Assembly: GCA_963785305.1 (NCBI GenBank)
Contig: CAWAUV010000004.1
Location: forward strand, 288,001 to 352,000
DNA length: 64,000 bases
Source of the DNA: an uncultured Planctomycetaceae bacterium
GTDB taxonomy: Bacteria > Planctomycetota > Planctomycetia > Pirellulales > PALSA-1355
Reading direction: 5' to 3'
A program made the position numbers and the translations under genes. The notes under the pieces were generated by a model that had not been told where the DNA came from, searched no databases, and worked only from the letters and a program-made list of their open reading frames with translations. Of this stretch, positions 45,224-57,400 are shown piece after piece. How positions within the stretch are numbered: position 1 is the first letter of the stretch; every line of letters starts with the position of its first letter.

Positions 45224-46050
45224 CTATCGTTTTACATACCAAAATGCGCCGCCGGCCCGTTCCAGTTCAAAACGCGTCGAAAGCGCCATGAGTGATTCGG
45301 CCGCGCCCAGGAGCAGATACGAAGGCGAGGGCATTTTGCCACCGAGGTCCTGTGCGATGCGCTCGATCGTCGGCAGCGAAAAATAGATAAACATATTGCG
45401 GCAAACCACGACGGGCGAATCCGCAAAAGGCGCGGTTTCTATTGTCGACAACATATTGACTCGCGACCAACGCACTCGATCGTATATCTCTGGAGCTATC
45501 CGCCAGCCATCGGCTGTCTGGGAAAAATACTTGTCTTTCAATTTCGAGGGCAAACTGCGAAACGAGCGGTCGCCGTAACGATTGCGAGCCGCCTTGTCGA
45601 GCGCGCGTTGACTGGCGTCGGTGGCGACGATCTCAATCGCCGCCTTCGCAAACCAGCCGGCTTCGTTGAGCGCCATGGCGATCGTAAGCGGCTCTTCGCC
45701 GGTTGCGCAGCCGGCGCTCCATATCCGTAGCGGCTGCGATTCGCGGTTTGTCGCCAGTTTCGGGACCACGCTTTTGACCAAAGCCTCGATTTGGTCGATC
45801 TCGCGCCAGAAATATGTTTCTTGCACCGCGATGGCTTCCTGCACTCGCTGCCATTCGGCATCGGCCGCGGGCCCATATTTCAGCTTGTAATAGAGGTCGA
45901 GGAAGTTGTCGAAGCCATTTTCCGCGACCTGGGCGCCGAGCGCTCGGCCAGGATTTCCCGCTTGCCATCGTCGAAATGAGCGCCGATACGGTCTTCGATA
46001 AGGTCGCGCAAGATCGCGAAGACCGTCCGTGAAAGTTCAGGAACGCTCAA
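45224..46050 (-). CDS. cheR: Chemotaxis methyltransferase CheR, frameshifted
   Basis: VQETYFWRE, RIWSAGCATGEEP, CRNMFIYF, LLLGAAESL; N-terminus (TTG 46050) in ORF 45880..46179. Confidence 0.92.
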
Positions 46051-46208
46051 GTGTGAATCCCCAAGCTCCGTGGCAATTTGGCGCGAACCGTTATTCTTTA
46101 AACCGATAGCAAATCGCTTGCCAAGGTTCGGCGATTCGCCGCACGGATTGTAGACGAGTCTTGGTCGCCGTCCAAACATGGAATGCGATCTAAAAGCCTA
46201 CCAGCCCT

Positions 46209-46237
46209 TTGAAATAAGCCCTCGTGGCTTATTTCAA
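46209..46237. promoter_or_regulatory. Perfect 12-bp inverted repeat in the divergent che intergenic region
   Basis: TTGAAATAAGCC-ctcgt-GGCTTATTTCAA. Confidence 0.55.
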
Positions 46238-46647
46238 CCTCGCCAAGCACGCGGCAAAGCGGCGTGCGGCTCGCAAAATACCGACTTACTTCGCTATTTT
46301 GTGATCGCATCCATGCGATCTAGCAGCCCGCTGAATAAATCAACGGGCTGCCACACTCGCGGTTTGGCCACCCCCAACCGGCCCGAGCGCGAGCGGCCGA
46401 ACCGCATGGCGCCCCGGCCGGGGTCGGATCGTGGCGGTCGAGGCGTTCCGGACGCTCGGCGAACAGTCGCTCCGAGCGTTTCACCATGGTTGTGCCGCAA
46501 AATTCCCGTATCTAGTATGGATATCCACACGATTGTATTACGACGCGGTGAATGGTTCTCTACCGGGCGGCGATGGCGAACGCCTGTCGACGTTCTCGTG
46601 GCCATTTGCCTTGTCCTTTCGCCTCACGGACCCGAAAAGGTTGCCGC

Positions 46648-48769
46648 GTGGATAGCGAAAACGGGCACGACCCGGGCCAATTCGAGGCATTGCTCGATGC
46701 ATTCGCCAGTGAATGCGTCGAACATCTGACCGCGCGCGCGAGGGGATATTGCGCCTGGAAGCGTGCATCGGCCATGCGATCGATCGCGAGACGGCCGACG
46801 AGCTGTTTCGCAATTTCCACACGATCAAAGGTCTCTCGGGCATGGTGGGGCTGCGCGAGGCGGAAATCCTCGCGCACCACATGGAGAGCTATCTAGACGC
46901 TCTGCGGCGGAATCGCGCGAGCCTATCGCCGGCGGCCATCGACGCGCTAGCCGCCGGAGCATCTCTAGTCGAAACCTGTGTCGCCGCCCGATGCGCGGGC
47001 CAACGTCCGCTCGACCCGAGCAAATTGGTCGCGCGGCTGTCAGCTTTGGTTCACACCACGGCATCGGACCCATCGGCCGAAGGTTTGCCTCCCGCGTTCG
47101 AGGAAATGTCGCCAGGCGGCTCCGAACCCAGCGTCGAATGTAGCGCCGATTCCGCGGCGGTCTCGTCGGGCGAGGGCTCGTGGTTGTTCACCTTTATTCC
47201 GTCGGCATTGCTCGCCGAGCGTGGCGTTAATGTCAACACGATTCGCGAGCGTCTGCTGTCCCGCGGCAAACTTCGAAGCGCCGCGCCGAAGGTTTTGCCA
47301 AGCGGCCAAATCGAGTTCACGTTCGTCGTTTCGGGGAACTACGATTCGCAAACCCTCGACGCCTGGCGCGAAGACGGGCTTTTGGCCGCGCCCTACGCCG
47401 CGTCTCCCGCCATCGACCCAGACGATTTCGCGCCCGCGGCCGAATCCGCCAATGACGCCCCCGCGGCGCCGGTTGCGCCGGCGGCGTCCGCGTCGTCGCC
47501 GGCCGCGGCGCCATCGCTGACCGCGGTGGCCGGCGCGATTCGCGTCGATTTGACCAAGCTCGATTCGGTCATGCGAATGGTGAGCGAGCTCGTCATCAGC
47601 CGGGCACGATTCGAGGAGCACTTGAAACAGATCAAGCCGTATCTGCCGGCGGAGCAATGGCGGTTGCTGCAAGAAGACAATCTCGCCTTTTCGCGGCAAA
47701 TTCGCGATCTGCGAGAAGGGGTGGTGCGCGTGCGACTCGCGCCCGTTCACGAGTGCTTCGCGCGAATGCAGTTCGTCGCGCGAGACTCGTGCGCGAATAT
47801 GGCAAGGAAGTTCGGGTCCGGCTCGAAGGGCAAGACACCGAAGTCGACAAACTCGTGGTCGAGTGCATGACCGACCCGCTGCTTCATTTGGTGCGCAATG
47901 CGATCAGCCACGGCATCGAATCGTGCGCCGATCGATTGCAGGCCGGGAAGCCGGCCGCCGCGACGATCTCGCTCCGCGCGGTTGCGCATGGCGAAACCAT
48001 CATGATCGAAGTCGAGGACGATGGCCGCGGAATCGATCTCGCGGAAGTCACTCGAAGAGCCCGAGCGGGCGGTTTGATTCCGCGGAATGCCGAGGTCGAC
48101 GAATCGAACATGCTCGACACCATTCGCCTTCCGCATTTTTCCACTCGCGACGAGGCCGATCGGGGCAGCGGACGCGGAGTGGGCATGGCGATCGTGAAAA
48201 CGGCGGTCGAGCAGCTCGGCGGCTCGCTCGGCGTCGAGACTCGTCTCGGCCTAGGCACGCGGTTCCATGTCCAGCTCCCGCTCACGCTCGCCATCGCCGA
48301 CGCGCTCTTGGTGCAAGTGGGGACACAACGCTATGCGGTTCCCCAAGCCGCGGTGCGCGAGGTGGCGTCGCTGGTTGGAGCGAGGCTTTCGAACTTGGAA
48401 AACAGCGAAGTGATGTCGCATCGCGGCGCGGTTGTGCCGCTCGTGCGGCTGGCGAAACTATTTCATGTGCCATCGGCGGCGGAAACGCGCGCATGCGTGC
48501 TGTTCGTGGGCGAGGGCGCCAGGGCGATCGCGATCGTGGTCGATCAAGTACTGGGACTCCACGAAGTGGTTGTCCGGCCGTTGGCGGATCCATTGGTGCG
48601 GACTCCAGGACTTTCGGGCGCCACCGAACTTGGCGACGGACGGGCGGTGCTGATTCTCGATGTGCTCGCGATCGGACGTCTTGCCCGTCGGCGGACTGAC
48701 ATTCCCCATGCGGCGATTCCGCGGGCTTTGCCCACGATCGAAGTCATCAACCCCCCGGCGACTCCATGA
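46648..48769 (+). CDS. cheA: Chemotaxis histidine kinase CheA, frameshifted
   Basis: LFRNFHTIKGLSGM (Hpt), IRVDLTKLD, DPLLHLVRNAISHGIE, DDGRGID, SGRGVGM, LPLTLAI, CheW-like C-terminus. Confidence 0.93.
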
Positions 48770-49236
48770 CACATTCCGCGGCCAATGCCGGTTCCTATGT
48801 GCTGTTCGAACTCGCGGGCACATGCTATGCCATTCCCACCCGTTTCGTGCGTCAGATGGAAATGGTCGAACATATTACACCGGTTCCCAATGCGCCTGCG
48901 TTTGTCGAGGGGATCGTATTCGTGCGCGGCCAAGTGACGCCCGCAATGAACCTGCGGCGGCGCTTTGGTTTCGAATCGGCGCCCCACACGCTGCGAACGC
49001 GCCTGGTGGTGGTTTCGCTCGACAATCGTTCGGTGGGGCTGATCGTGGATTCGGCCCGCGAGTTTCTCGTAATTCCGCCGGAATCGATTCAACCGTTGCC
49101 CGAGGCGATTTCGGGTCTTTCGGGCAAATATCTGAGCGGGATCTCCATGCTGGGGGATCGGCTGATTATGATCGTCGACGTGGAAGAACTACTCAAATTC
49201 GAGAGTCCCGAGCTCGCCGCGCCTGGCGATGCTTAA
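48766..49236 (+). CDS. cheW: CheW
   Basis: ITPVPNAPAFVEGIVFVRGQVTPAMNLRRRFG, GLIVDSARE. Confidence 0.93.
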   Translation: MTHSAANAGSYVLFELAGTCYAIPTRFVRQMEMVEHITPVPNAPAFVEGIVFVRGQVTPAMNLRRRFGFESAPHTLRTRLVVVSLDNRSVGLIVDSAREFLVIPPESIQPLPEAISGLSGKYLSGISMLGDRLIMIVDVEELLKFESPELAAPGDA

Positions 49237-49261
49237 GACTTCGCGGGGAGAAACTATTTTC

Positions 49262-51391
49262 ATGGCTACGCGTTCCAGTTTGCAGGGCGATGTCCACACG
49301 GCCATCGTGCGCATCCGCTCCGAGGCCGAGCAGCTTGCCACTCGGGCCGCCGAGGCGACTCGCGCGGCCGACGCGGTGCTTGATTCGAGCCAGCGCCAGT
49401 TGCAATCGATCGATGAAGCGGTCGGCCAGACCAGCGCGATCACCACTTCGCTCGACGACACTGCCGCCCAGGCCGCCGGGGTCTCGGCCTCGGTCGAGGA
49501 ATTGGTGTCCTCGGTCAACGAAGTGGCCGCCGCGGTCGAGCAGGTCAACGCGAGCGCCGCCTCTTTCACCCAATCGCTCGATGAAACCGCGAGCAGCATC
49601 GAGGAAACCAGCGTCTCGATCGAGCGCGTCACCCAGCGGACTCAAGACATGGCGTCGCTGGCCACCCGGACGCCGCCAGCACGGCGAGCGTCTCGGGCTC
49701 GATCGCGCGGATCGGCGCCGAAACCGAGTCGCTCGTGATCGCCATCAACGAAGGCGCGTCGACGGTCGAGGAAATGGCCCGCTCGATCCATGCCGTGGCG
49801 CGGGGCCGACGACCTTACGGTGGCCTCGGAGCAGACGGCGTCGTCGATCAACGAAACCGCCGCCTCGATCGAACAGGTATCGGCCACCACGGTGAGCTTG
49901 GCCGCCTCGGTCGACGAAGTCGCGGCGTCGATCGAGGAAATGTCGCGCTCCGTGGCGGGCGTCGCTCAAAATGCGGCCCGCATCTCGGAAGTGGCCACCG
50001 AAGCGGTCGCTTCGGCGCGGGAACTCGATGGCTCGATCCACTCGGTCGCCGCGATTTCGAAACAAGCCGACGAAACAACGCGCCGCACGGCCCGCGAGGC
50101 CGAGGAAGGCGGCGTCGCGGTGCAGAAGTCGATCCAGGGGCTGACGCGAGTGCGCGAGGCGATGGGACAGTCCGTCGCGATGATTCGCGACATGGGCAAA
50201 CGCACCGGCGATATCGGCGGGATCGTCACCACGATCAACCTCATCGCCGAACGAACGAATCTGCTTTCGCTCAATGCCTCGATCGAAGCCGCCCGAGCCG
50301 GCGACGCGGGACGAGGCTTTGCCGTGGTGGCGGAAGAGATTCGTAATCTGGCCGATCGCGCCGCCCAGGCCACGGCCGATATCGCCACGATCATCACCAC
50401 GCTCCAAGAAGCGGCGCGCGAGGCGGTCGGGGCATCGAGCGACAACCTTCGACTCGCCGAGGAAAGCGGCCAACTGGCCGAAATCGGAATGTCGGGCCTC
50501 ACGAAAATCTTGAGCGGCGTTCAGGAAACGGCCTCGCTCGTCGGGCAGATCGCCCGCGCTTCCGAGGAACAGATCGCGGCCGGGCGTCAGGTCGTCTCCG
50601 CGGTAAACACCACGGCGCTCCAATCGCAACAGGTGATGGTGGCCACGAGCGAGCAGAATCGCGGCGTGCAGGAGATCGTGCAAGCCACGGCTCAAATGCG
50701 GCGCAGCGCCGAACAGGTATCGCAGTCGATGAAAGAACAAGGCCGCGCGGCTCGCGAGATCATGAAAGCGGGCCAGAATGTCAGCAATTCGGCCGAACAG
50801 CTTCGCAAAGCCACCTCCGAGCATGTCGCCGCCAACAGCCAAGCGGCCGTGTCGATGGAGTCGATGCGCCGCAACGCGATCGCGACCTCGCGCGTCATCG
50901 AGGAGCAGGTGAAAGCCACCACCGAAACCACCGAAACCACGAAGCAACTGGAGCGGCAAATCGCCGATGTGGGCGCCGCGATGCTCGAACAGGCCACGGC
51001 GGTGCGCCAAATCTCGACATCGGTCTTTAGCATGCGGCAGCAATCCGCGCAGCTCGCGCAGTCGATCGGCGAGCAATCGCGCGCGGCGAAAGACATGGTT
51101 GGATCGCTCGAAGGCATCTCGCGAAGGATGCGCGTGATCACGCAGTCGAACCGCGAACACACCTCGCTCGCGCGGAGCGTTCGCCAATCGCTGGGCGAGA
51201 TTCGCTCGGTGTCTCAACAAAACACGCGCGGTGTCGAACAGACCCGCGGCGCCACGATGAACCTGCTCGCCACGGTGGAAAACCTGATGTCGATCGCCGC
51301 CCAGCTTTCGGACGGCGGCTCGCGGACTCCGGCCTCGACCAAGCCAAAGCCGGCGCGAAAAAAAGGCGAAGCGAACCGCAAGCGCAAGTGA
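49262..51391 (+). CDS. Cytoplasmic methyl-accepting chemotaxis protein, frameshifted
   Basis: [37 protein letters not shown] hairpin tip; no TM segment. Confidence 0.92.
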
Positions 51392-51431
51392 GCGCTCGGC
51401 CACTTCGAGCCAATCCGAGAACTTCGGCGAG

Positions 51432-51464
51432 CCCTTACCCTACCCTCTCCAAAAGGGAGAGGGG
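51432..51464. repeat. REP-like CCCTCTCC/GGAGAGGG palindrome (related copy 59320-59355)
   Basis: CCCTTACCCTACCCTCTCCAAAAGGGAGAGGGG between convergent genes. Confidence 0.65.
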
Positions 51465-51483
51465 GGAGTCGTCGGATGGGCTC

Positions 51484-51915
51484 TTAAGAAACGGCCGGTT
51501 CGATCGTGGCCGACATCGCGCCTTTGCAACCGGCCACGAGCTCGTCCTTGCCGAAGGCATGTATCTGGTCGCGTTTGAACTCGGCATGTTCCTTGGCGGT
51601 GGTGAACACGATTGCCCGCCCGCGCACATCGACTTCTTCGGCGATTTGAATGCCTTTGGTCGGCGGATGGCCAAAGAGTTTTTGCATCATGTGGATCACG
51701 TAATGAAAGCTGTGATCCTCGTCGTTCCACAGCACGACATTATAAGGCGGCAATCGCTTCGGCTTCTTTTTACGCTTCTTCTTCGGAGTCGCGCTCACGG
51801 CGGTCGCATTCGGGCCCGTTGCATTCGGGTCCATCGACGGGTCGAGCGTTTCGAGCGCGGGCGTCTCGGCGGCTTGCCCGGGCGTTTCCGGAGTGCGTTC
51901 GTCGGATCGTGCCAT
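51484..51915 (-). CDS. clpS: Clp protease adaptor ClpS
   Basis: PPYNVVLWNDEDHSFHYVI, IAEEVDVRGRAIV, MSATIEP. Confidence 0.92.
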   Translation of the reverse strand: MARSDERTPETPGQAAETPALETLDPSMDPNATGPNATAVSATPKKKRKKKPKRLPPYNVVLWNDEDHSFHYVIHMMQKLFGHPPTKGIQIAEEVDVRGRAIVFTTAKEHAEFKRDQIHAFGKDELVAGCKGAMSATIEPAVS

Positions 51916-52537
51916 CTTCGTCGTTCCCGGCCAAGGAGTTCGAGAGGCGTCTTTGGCGAGCCTTTTTCCGGCCCACGCCCGGGGGGCGGGTTCGGTGGTT
52001 CGTCGAGGCAAATCGATTGCTAGCAGACCTTGATGCTGGCGAGCCCGGGGAGAAGGAGCCGGCGAGCCACTGGGAATCTGGCGAGTTTCGCACCGGGGAA
52101 CGCAGCAGGATGATTATAGAGATTTTCGCGGCCCTTGGCCAAGGGTTGGGTCAAGAAACGGTTCGCAACCCGATGTTCCAAGAGTGTTTGCGCGATTGTC
52201 GGCGCGGAGCGGATTCTCGGCGGCCGATTTGATTTTAATCGAGGCGACAAATTTTCCGTTTCGACGCGAACCTTTGGTTCGATGCTATGTCTGATAGGTG
52301 AACCGATCGCTCGAATCGCGGCCCGAGGCCGTCGCGTGTGTTTCTCCCGCGTGGGATTTCGTTCCACGCGTTGGCGAGGCCACTCTTGACGAAGTAAGAT
52401 CGCGATGCGAGGCTTGTAGTATGGTATAAGCAACGTCGGCCATGGGTGGCCGGCGACGGATCGACCTTGATTCTTGTGCTTTGTTCAGAAAGCGAATCTT
52501 CTTTCTTCTCTTCAACCGCGCAGCGCAGGAGCTTCCC

Positions 52538-52831
52538 ATGCGGACGTTCACGAACATTTTCGCGACGAACAGCGTTTTTGGTATTAGCCAAAATCGTTGC
52601 GTGAAGATGATCGCCGCCCGTTTTGGGGCAGCGGCGCTGCATCTCGACCTTTTGCCAAGGCATGCCAGTTTGCCGAGCATGCTCGCCCTGGATCGCTATT
52701 GCGATTCCGTGGGCGGTAAACGCTCGGCGGGCGAGGTTGTAGCCCGGCTCGAACGCATGTGCTCGAGCTGGAGTCGGCTGCAACCTTGTTGGCAGCCGGC
52801 GCGGCGCGGATCGGCGGTCGGTCGGAGTTAA
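52538..52831 (+). CDS. Possible small hypothetical protein upstream of ECF sigma
   Basis: AGGAG RBS then MRTFTNIFATNSVFG...RGSAVGRS; no recognisable domain. Confidence 0.4.
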   Translation: MRTFTNIFATNSVFGISQNRCVKMIAARFGAAALHLDLLPRHASLPSMLALDRYCDSVGGKRSAGEVVARLERMCSSWSRLQPCWQPARRGSAVGRS

Positions 52832-53337
52832 GTCGCGGGGAGAAAATGAGTTGCCGGGGTCGGGCGAATAAACATCGCCTCGGTCCGGCCGACGCCCCTT
52901 GAAGGGGCCGAGGTCAAAAAACAGGCGGCTCTCGTCTCTCCCGCGCCGCGAATCGCTCCCAAGGCGACTCGCCTACTCCGAACCAAAGACGCCGTGCTCC
53001 GCGGAGCGCTCGAGGCATGATGGCGGTTGCGATCGCTTTCATTTCCGCGCCCGCCACACGGCGTTTTCGCTGGCTCGCGATGGATCCTCGCAGGTCTCGT
53101 GGCGCTTCGCAATTCGCGCCGCTCCCGCCGGGCGACGATCCCTCGCAACCCGCTCCGCGGCCTCCTCGTTTCCCAAGTCGTTTTGACCGGAAATGAGGTG
53201 GCCGTCGGGTCCCGTTTCGCTTCGCGGCCTTTGAAAAGTTCGATTTCGACGCACGAACCCTCGCGACTTCCCAAAACCCGAACCCCGGCCGAGCCGGTCC
53301 ATTTTCACGGAAATCGCTTTTCGAAAGAAGAGACATC

Positions 53338-53919
53338 ATGGCAGTCATGGAAGAAAACATCGCGGAGATCGGCGCGGCCTGCGAGCTCGAGCTGGTGCTG
53401 GCCGCCCAGCAGGGCGACCGGTTTGCATTCGGCCAGTTGGTCGAGCGCTACGAGCGGCTGGTCTACGCGACCGCGTTTCGCCGGTTGAACAATCATGCCG
53501 AAGCGCAGGAGCTGGCGCAGGAAGTGTTCGTCAAGGCGATGGAGCGGATCGATCAACTCCGGCAGCCCGAGTGCTTCGGCGGATGGCTGCGAAGCATCAC
53601 CACGCGCATGGCGATCAACCGCGCCGTGCGGCGGGCGCCGGCGCATGCCACCGAGCCGCACACGCTCGAATCCACCTGCGTCGACTTCGAGACTCCGCTC
53701 GGCCATGTGCTGGCCGGAGAACGTCGGCAGCAAGTGCGCGATGGGCTCGATCGGCTGGGCAATCTCGACCGCGAGACGCTTGTCGCGTTTTATGTCGAGG
53801 GCGAGTCGCTGCTCGAGATGAGCGATCGGTTCGCGTCGCCGGTGGGCACGATCAAGCGCCGGCTGCATGTGGCGCGCAAGCGGCTCGCCAAGCAGCTCGA
53901 GGAGTTGGCGCCGGCCTGA
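53338..53919 (+). CDS. ECF RNA polymerase sigma factor
   Basis: AFGQLVERY, EAQELAQEVF, FGGWLRSI, PVGTIKRRLHVARKRL. Confidence 0.92.
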   Translation: MAVMEENIAEIGAACELELVLAAQQGDRFAFGQLVERYERLVYATAFRRLNNHAEAQELAQEVFVKAMERIDQLRQPECFGGWLRSITTRMAINRAVRRAPAHATEPHTLESTCVDFETPLGHVLAGERRQQVRDGLDRLGNLDRETLVAFYVEGESLLEMSDRFASPVGTIKRRLHVARKRLAKQLEELAPA

Positions 53920-53991
53920 ACGCGAGCCGGCGCTCGCGCTCGGCAAGACGCGTGCCCGACACGGGTTGTTTTCTGGGGTTGGTTGGGGGAA

Positions 53992-54044
53992 GAGTCGGCG
54001 GTTTCCGGTTCCACGCGGGGCCGGGAGCCGCCGGCTCGTTTTTT
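53992..54044 (+). terminator. Intrinsic terminator after ECF sigma
   Basis: GAGTCGGCGGTTTCCGG / CCGGGAGCCGCCGGCTC stem then T run. Confidence 0.7.
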
Positions 54045-54084
54045 ATGCGCGCCGCTCGTGTCGCGCTTTGGCAAGAGTCGCGGC

Positions 54085-54459
54085 CTACGACTGCATGATC
54101 GCGATAATCGCCAAGGCCACCCAGCCAGCGATCAGGCATACCCCGCCCAGCGGCGTGAAATGCACGAATGTGCGTTCGCCGGTGGCGATCCAGGCATAAA
54201 TTCCGCCGGCGAATAGCACGCTGCCGGCGAGAAATAGCCAGCCCGCGATATTCCACCAGGCGTTGGGCAGTGAAGTCACGAGCAGTCCCACGACGACGAT
54301 CGCCAGGGCGTGGAACATCTGATATCGCACGGCCGTCTCGAAACTCTCGAACGCGCGGCTATCGAGCCGCGGCCGCAAGGCATGCGCCCCCAGGGCTCCG
54401 GCGCCGACCGCGATCGCGGCCAGCACCGATCCGGCGATAATCCAGAATTTGGCGGACAT
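54085..54459 (-). CDS. DUF423 family small membrane protein
   Basis: GALGAHAL, FETAVRYQMFHALA, LFAGGIY, TPLGG. Confidence 0.9.
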   Translation of the reverse strand: MSAKFWIIAGSVLAAIAVGAGALGAHALRPRLDSRAFESFETAVRYQMFHALAIVVVGLLVTSLPNAWWNIAGWLFLAGSVLFAGGIYAWIATGERTFVHFTPLGGVCLIAGWVALAIIAIMQS

Positions 54460-54490
54460 GGAGAGGCGTCTCGTCGCTAAACCCGCGCGA

Positions 54491-57400
54491 TCATGGCCCG
54501 GCGGTGGGGGCCTGGATACCCAAGAGGCTTTCTTCTTCCTCCGCGATAATGATGCGCGGAGTCACCATCATCATCAAGCTCTGCGTTTCGCGGCCGATGC
54601 CCACATTCTTGAACAAACGGTTGATATACGGCAGTTTGCTGAGAATGGGCACGCCGAATTCGTTGCGGCCCTCGCTGAGTCGTTTCACGCCGCCGAGCAG
54701 CACGGTGCCGCCGTCGGGCACGCTCACGGTGGTCGTGCACCGTGACAAAGGAGAACGTGGGCAACTGCACCGTGATGCCGCTGCTCGACGCCGACGATTG
54801 GTTCGAGTTGCTGCCCGACTGGTTGCCCGCCACATCTTGGCTGCCGCCGGCGGAAGACGAGTTCGTCGAGCTGTTCGAGCCTTGGAAGGTGAATTCCTGC
54901 ACATTGCCGATCTGGCTGAAGAACGGCACGACCGTGAGCCGCACGAACCGCCGATCGGCCGACACCACCGCCTGCACGGTGAGGAAGGTGCCTTCGCTGA
55001 GCACGACGATCACCGGCTGCTGGGCCGCCGCGAAATCGCCGACCACCGGAATCACGCTGATCACGAACGGAGTTTGCGACGTGTCGGAGACGAAAGCCTG
55101 CTGACCATTGAACAGCGTGACCTTGGGGGCCTGCATTACATTGCTCCGCCGATCGCCCTGCGAGGCATTGACCAGGAAATATGCTTCGATATCGCTCAGG
55201 ATGCGCGAAGCCGAAACTCGCCACGTTCGTCGGCTGGCCGAACTGAGGCGTCGCCAGCGTGAAGCTGTTGTCGGTAAATGGAATGTCGAGGTTCGACGTA
55301 AAGGTCGGCACGCCGCCGGTGAAGCTGGTCAGGCCGACCGTCGCGCCCGGCGAAGTCGGGTGGCCGTTCACATCGATCGAGTTCTTATCCAAGTTCTCGA
55401 TATTGAAGTTGAAGTCGACGCCGATCTGCTCGAAGAAGTTGTCGTTGAGCGTGATAAAGCGAACTTCGATCGTGACTTGCAAATCCTGCAAGCGGCGGAG
55501 CTGGCTAAGCAGGTCGGCGATTTCGGCGTGAATGTCCTGGGTCTGGCTGATGACCAGGCTCAGGTTGGTGCGAAATTCGGCGATGGAACCCGGCCCGCCC
55601 ACTTCGTCCCACGAGGTGGGCTTGATGGTCGAGGTGATGAGCTGGATCAGCGAATCGAAATCGGCTTGGTTGCCGCCGCCCATGCCGCCCGGCGAAAAGC
55701 CGTTGGGCTGATTGATCGGTCCGCCGCCGGCCGTGCCGCTGGCCGCCATTTGGGCGAGCACCGCGGGGTTCACGACTCCCTTGCCGCCGGCGCCGTCGTG
55801 GCTGGCGACGACGCTCGTCAGGTTCGAGGCCCCGAAGCCCGGCACTCCGCCCGCCGACATGCTCTGGCTCATGGCGTCGGCCAGCGAGCCGCTGAGGCCG
55901 AGTCGGCCATTGGGCACGAAGTTCGGAATCGGAATCACGAGGTCGGCGACATTATAGGTCACCGGATAAATTTCGCCGTCCTTGAGCTGCTCGCTCGTGA
56001 TCTTGAGCACTTCGTCCTTGATCACATAGCCCAAGTGCAAGGGCTGCAAGATCAGGTTGAGCGCGCTCTTGAGCGAGATTTCGTGCGTCAGTTCGATATT
56101 GACCGGCGTCGACGGATCGACCGCCTCGGCCGCCAACCCCTCGGGGTCGAGATGCAGATTGACCGCCGCCAGCTTGGCCAGTTCATCGAGCACTTCGCGG
56201 AGCGGCTTGTTCTTGAAGCTCAGCGCCACGGGCGTGGTGAGCTTGCGCTCGATATCCAGATCGCGCTCGCTGCGGCGATTGTTCTTCTCGTTTCGCAGGC
56301 GCCGGCCCGTGTTTCGGTGTATTGTTTCCACTTGCTCGCCTCGGGGAAGCGAATCGGATTGCTCTCGTCGCCAAAGGGAATCGCCGATCGCTCGACTTCG
56401 TCGAGAGCCGTCCAAGCCTGTTTTTCCTTCTCATCGATCAAGTCCTGGTTCTTGTTCTGGCGATACGACAGTTTGACCATCCACATGAGCTGATTGCTGA
56501 TCGGATTGTTCGGCGCGATCTCGGCCACGCGCTTGGCCACGACTTCGGCTTCCGGATAGCGCCGCTCTTCCATTAGCTTGTTGCATTCATTGACCATCGA
56601 GGCGATCCGATCGTCGATCTCGAGCTTCTTTCGCCGCCGCGCCTCGACACTGCTCGCGATCTCCTTGTTCTGCGCGTCGGCGTCGATCTGAGCCCGATGC
56701 TGCTCGATGTATTTGTCGATCTCGGTCCGGCTGATGTCGACGCGCTTCAGGAGTTGCGTGCGCGCCTCGGGTTCGATCGTCGAGGCTTCGACCGATTGAC
56801 GTGCCATCTCGATCATTTCGAGCGCCTTTTGTGGATCGGTCTCCATCGTCTTGCGGGCCTGTACTTGCTGCTTCGCGACTTCGGCCGAAAGTTGCTTGAA
56901 GAGCAGGGTATGCCGCGAGGCGGCGTCGTCCATCAGATTCTTCGGCTGCGCCGCGCCGCGCAAAACGTTGGCTTGCGGGGCGGTCAGGATTTGCAAGTGA
57001 TCTTGTAGTCGCTGCGCGGTCGAGGGATCGAGCTGCTCGCGCAGGGCGTAGGCTTGGCGGAATTTCTCGCGGGCCTTCGGGGTGTCGCGGTCGCGGAGGG
57101 CCTGTTCGCCTTCCACGAAGAGCTGCATCGCCGTGGTTTGCTCTCCGGGCGAGGTCGGCGAGCCCATGGCGCCGGCGGAGGGGGCCATCGGCGGGCCCGT
57201 GGCCGGGAGCCGTTCGGGCGTGCCGGGTTCGAGCGCCATGCTCCGCGCGGCAGCCTGGGCGTTTTGGGTGCGGTCGCCCGCCGGATCGTAAATGGCTTGC
57301 GTCGTCGGATACGGCGCCTGCGCCGCGGGCGCTCCGCCTTGCGGCAGCGGGCCTCCGGCTCGGGCCACCGGCGCTCCGCGTCCGCGGGCCACTTGCACTT

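Noticed and set aside
52030..52110. GC-rich structured stretch upstream of clpS considered as SRP RNA
   Set aside because: Lacks the conserved SRP helix-8 motif; more likely a 5' UTR downstream of a minus-strand TATAAT near 52114-52119
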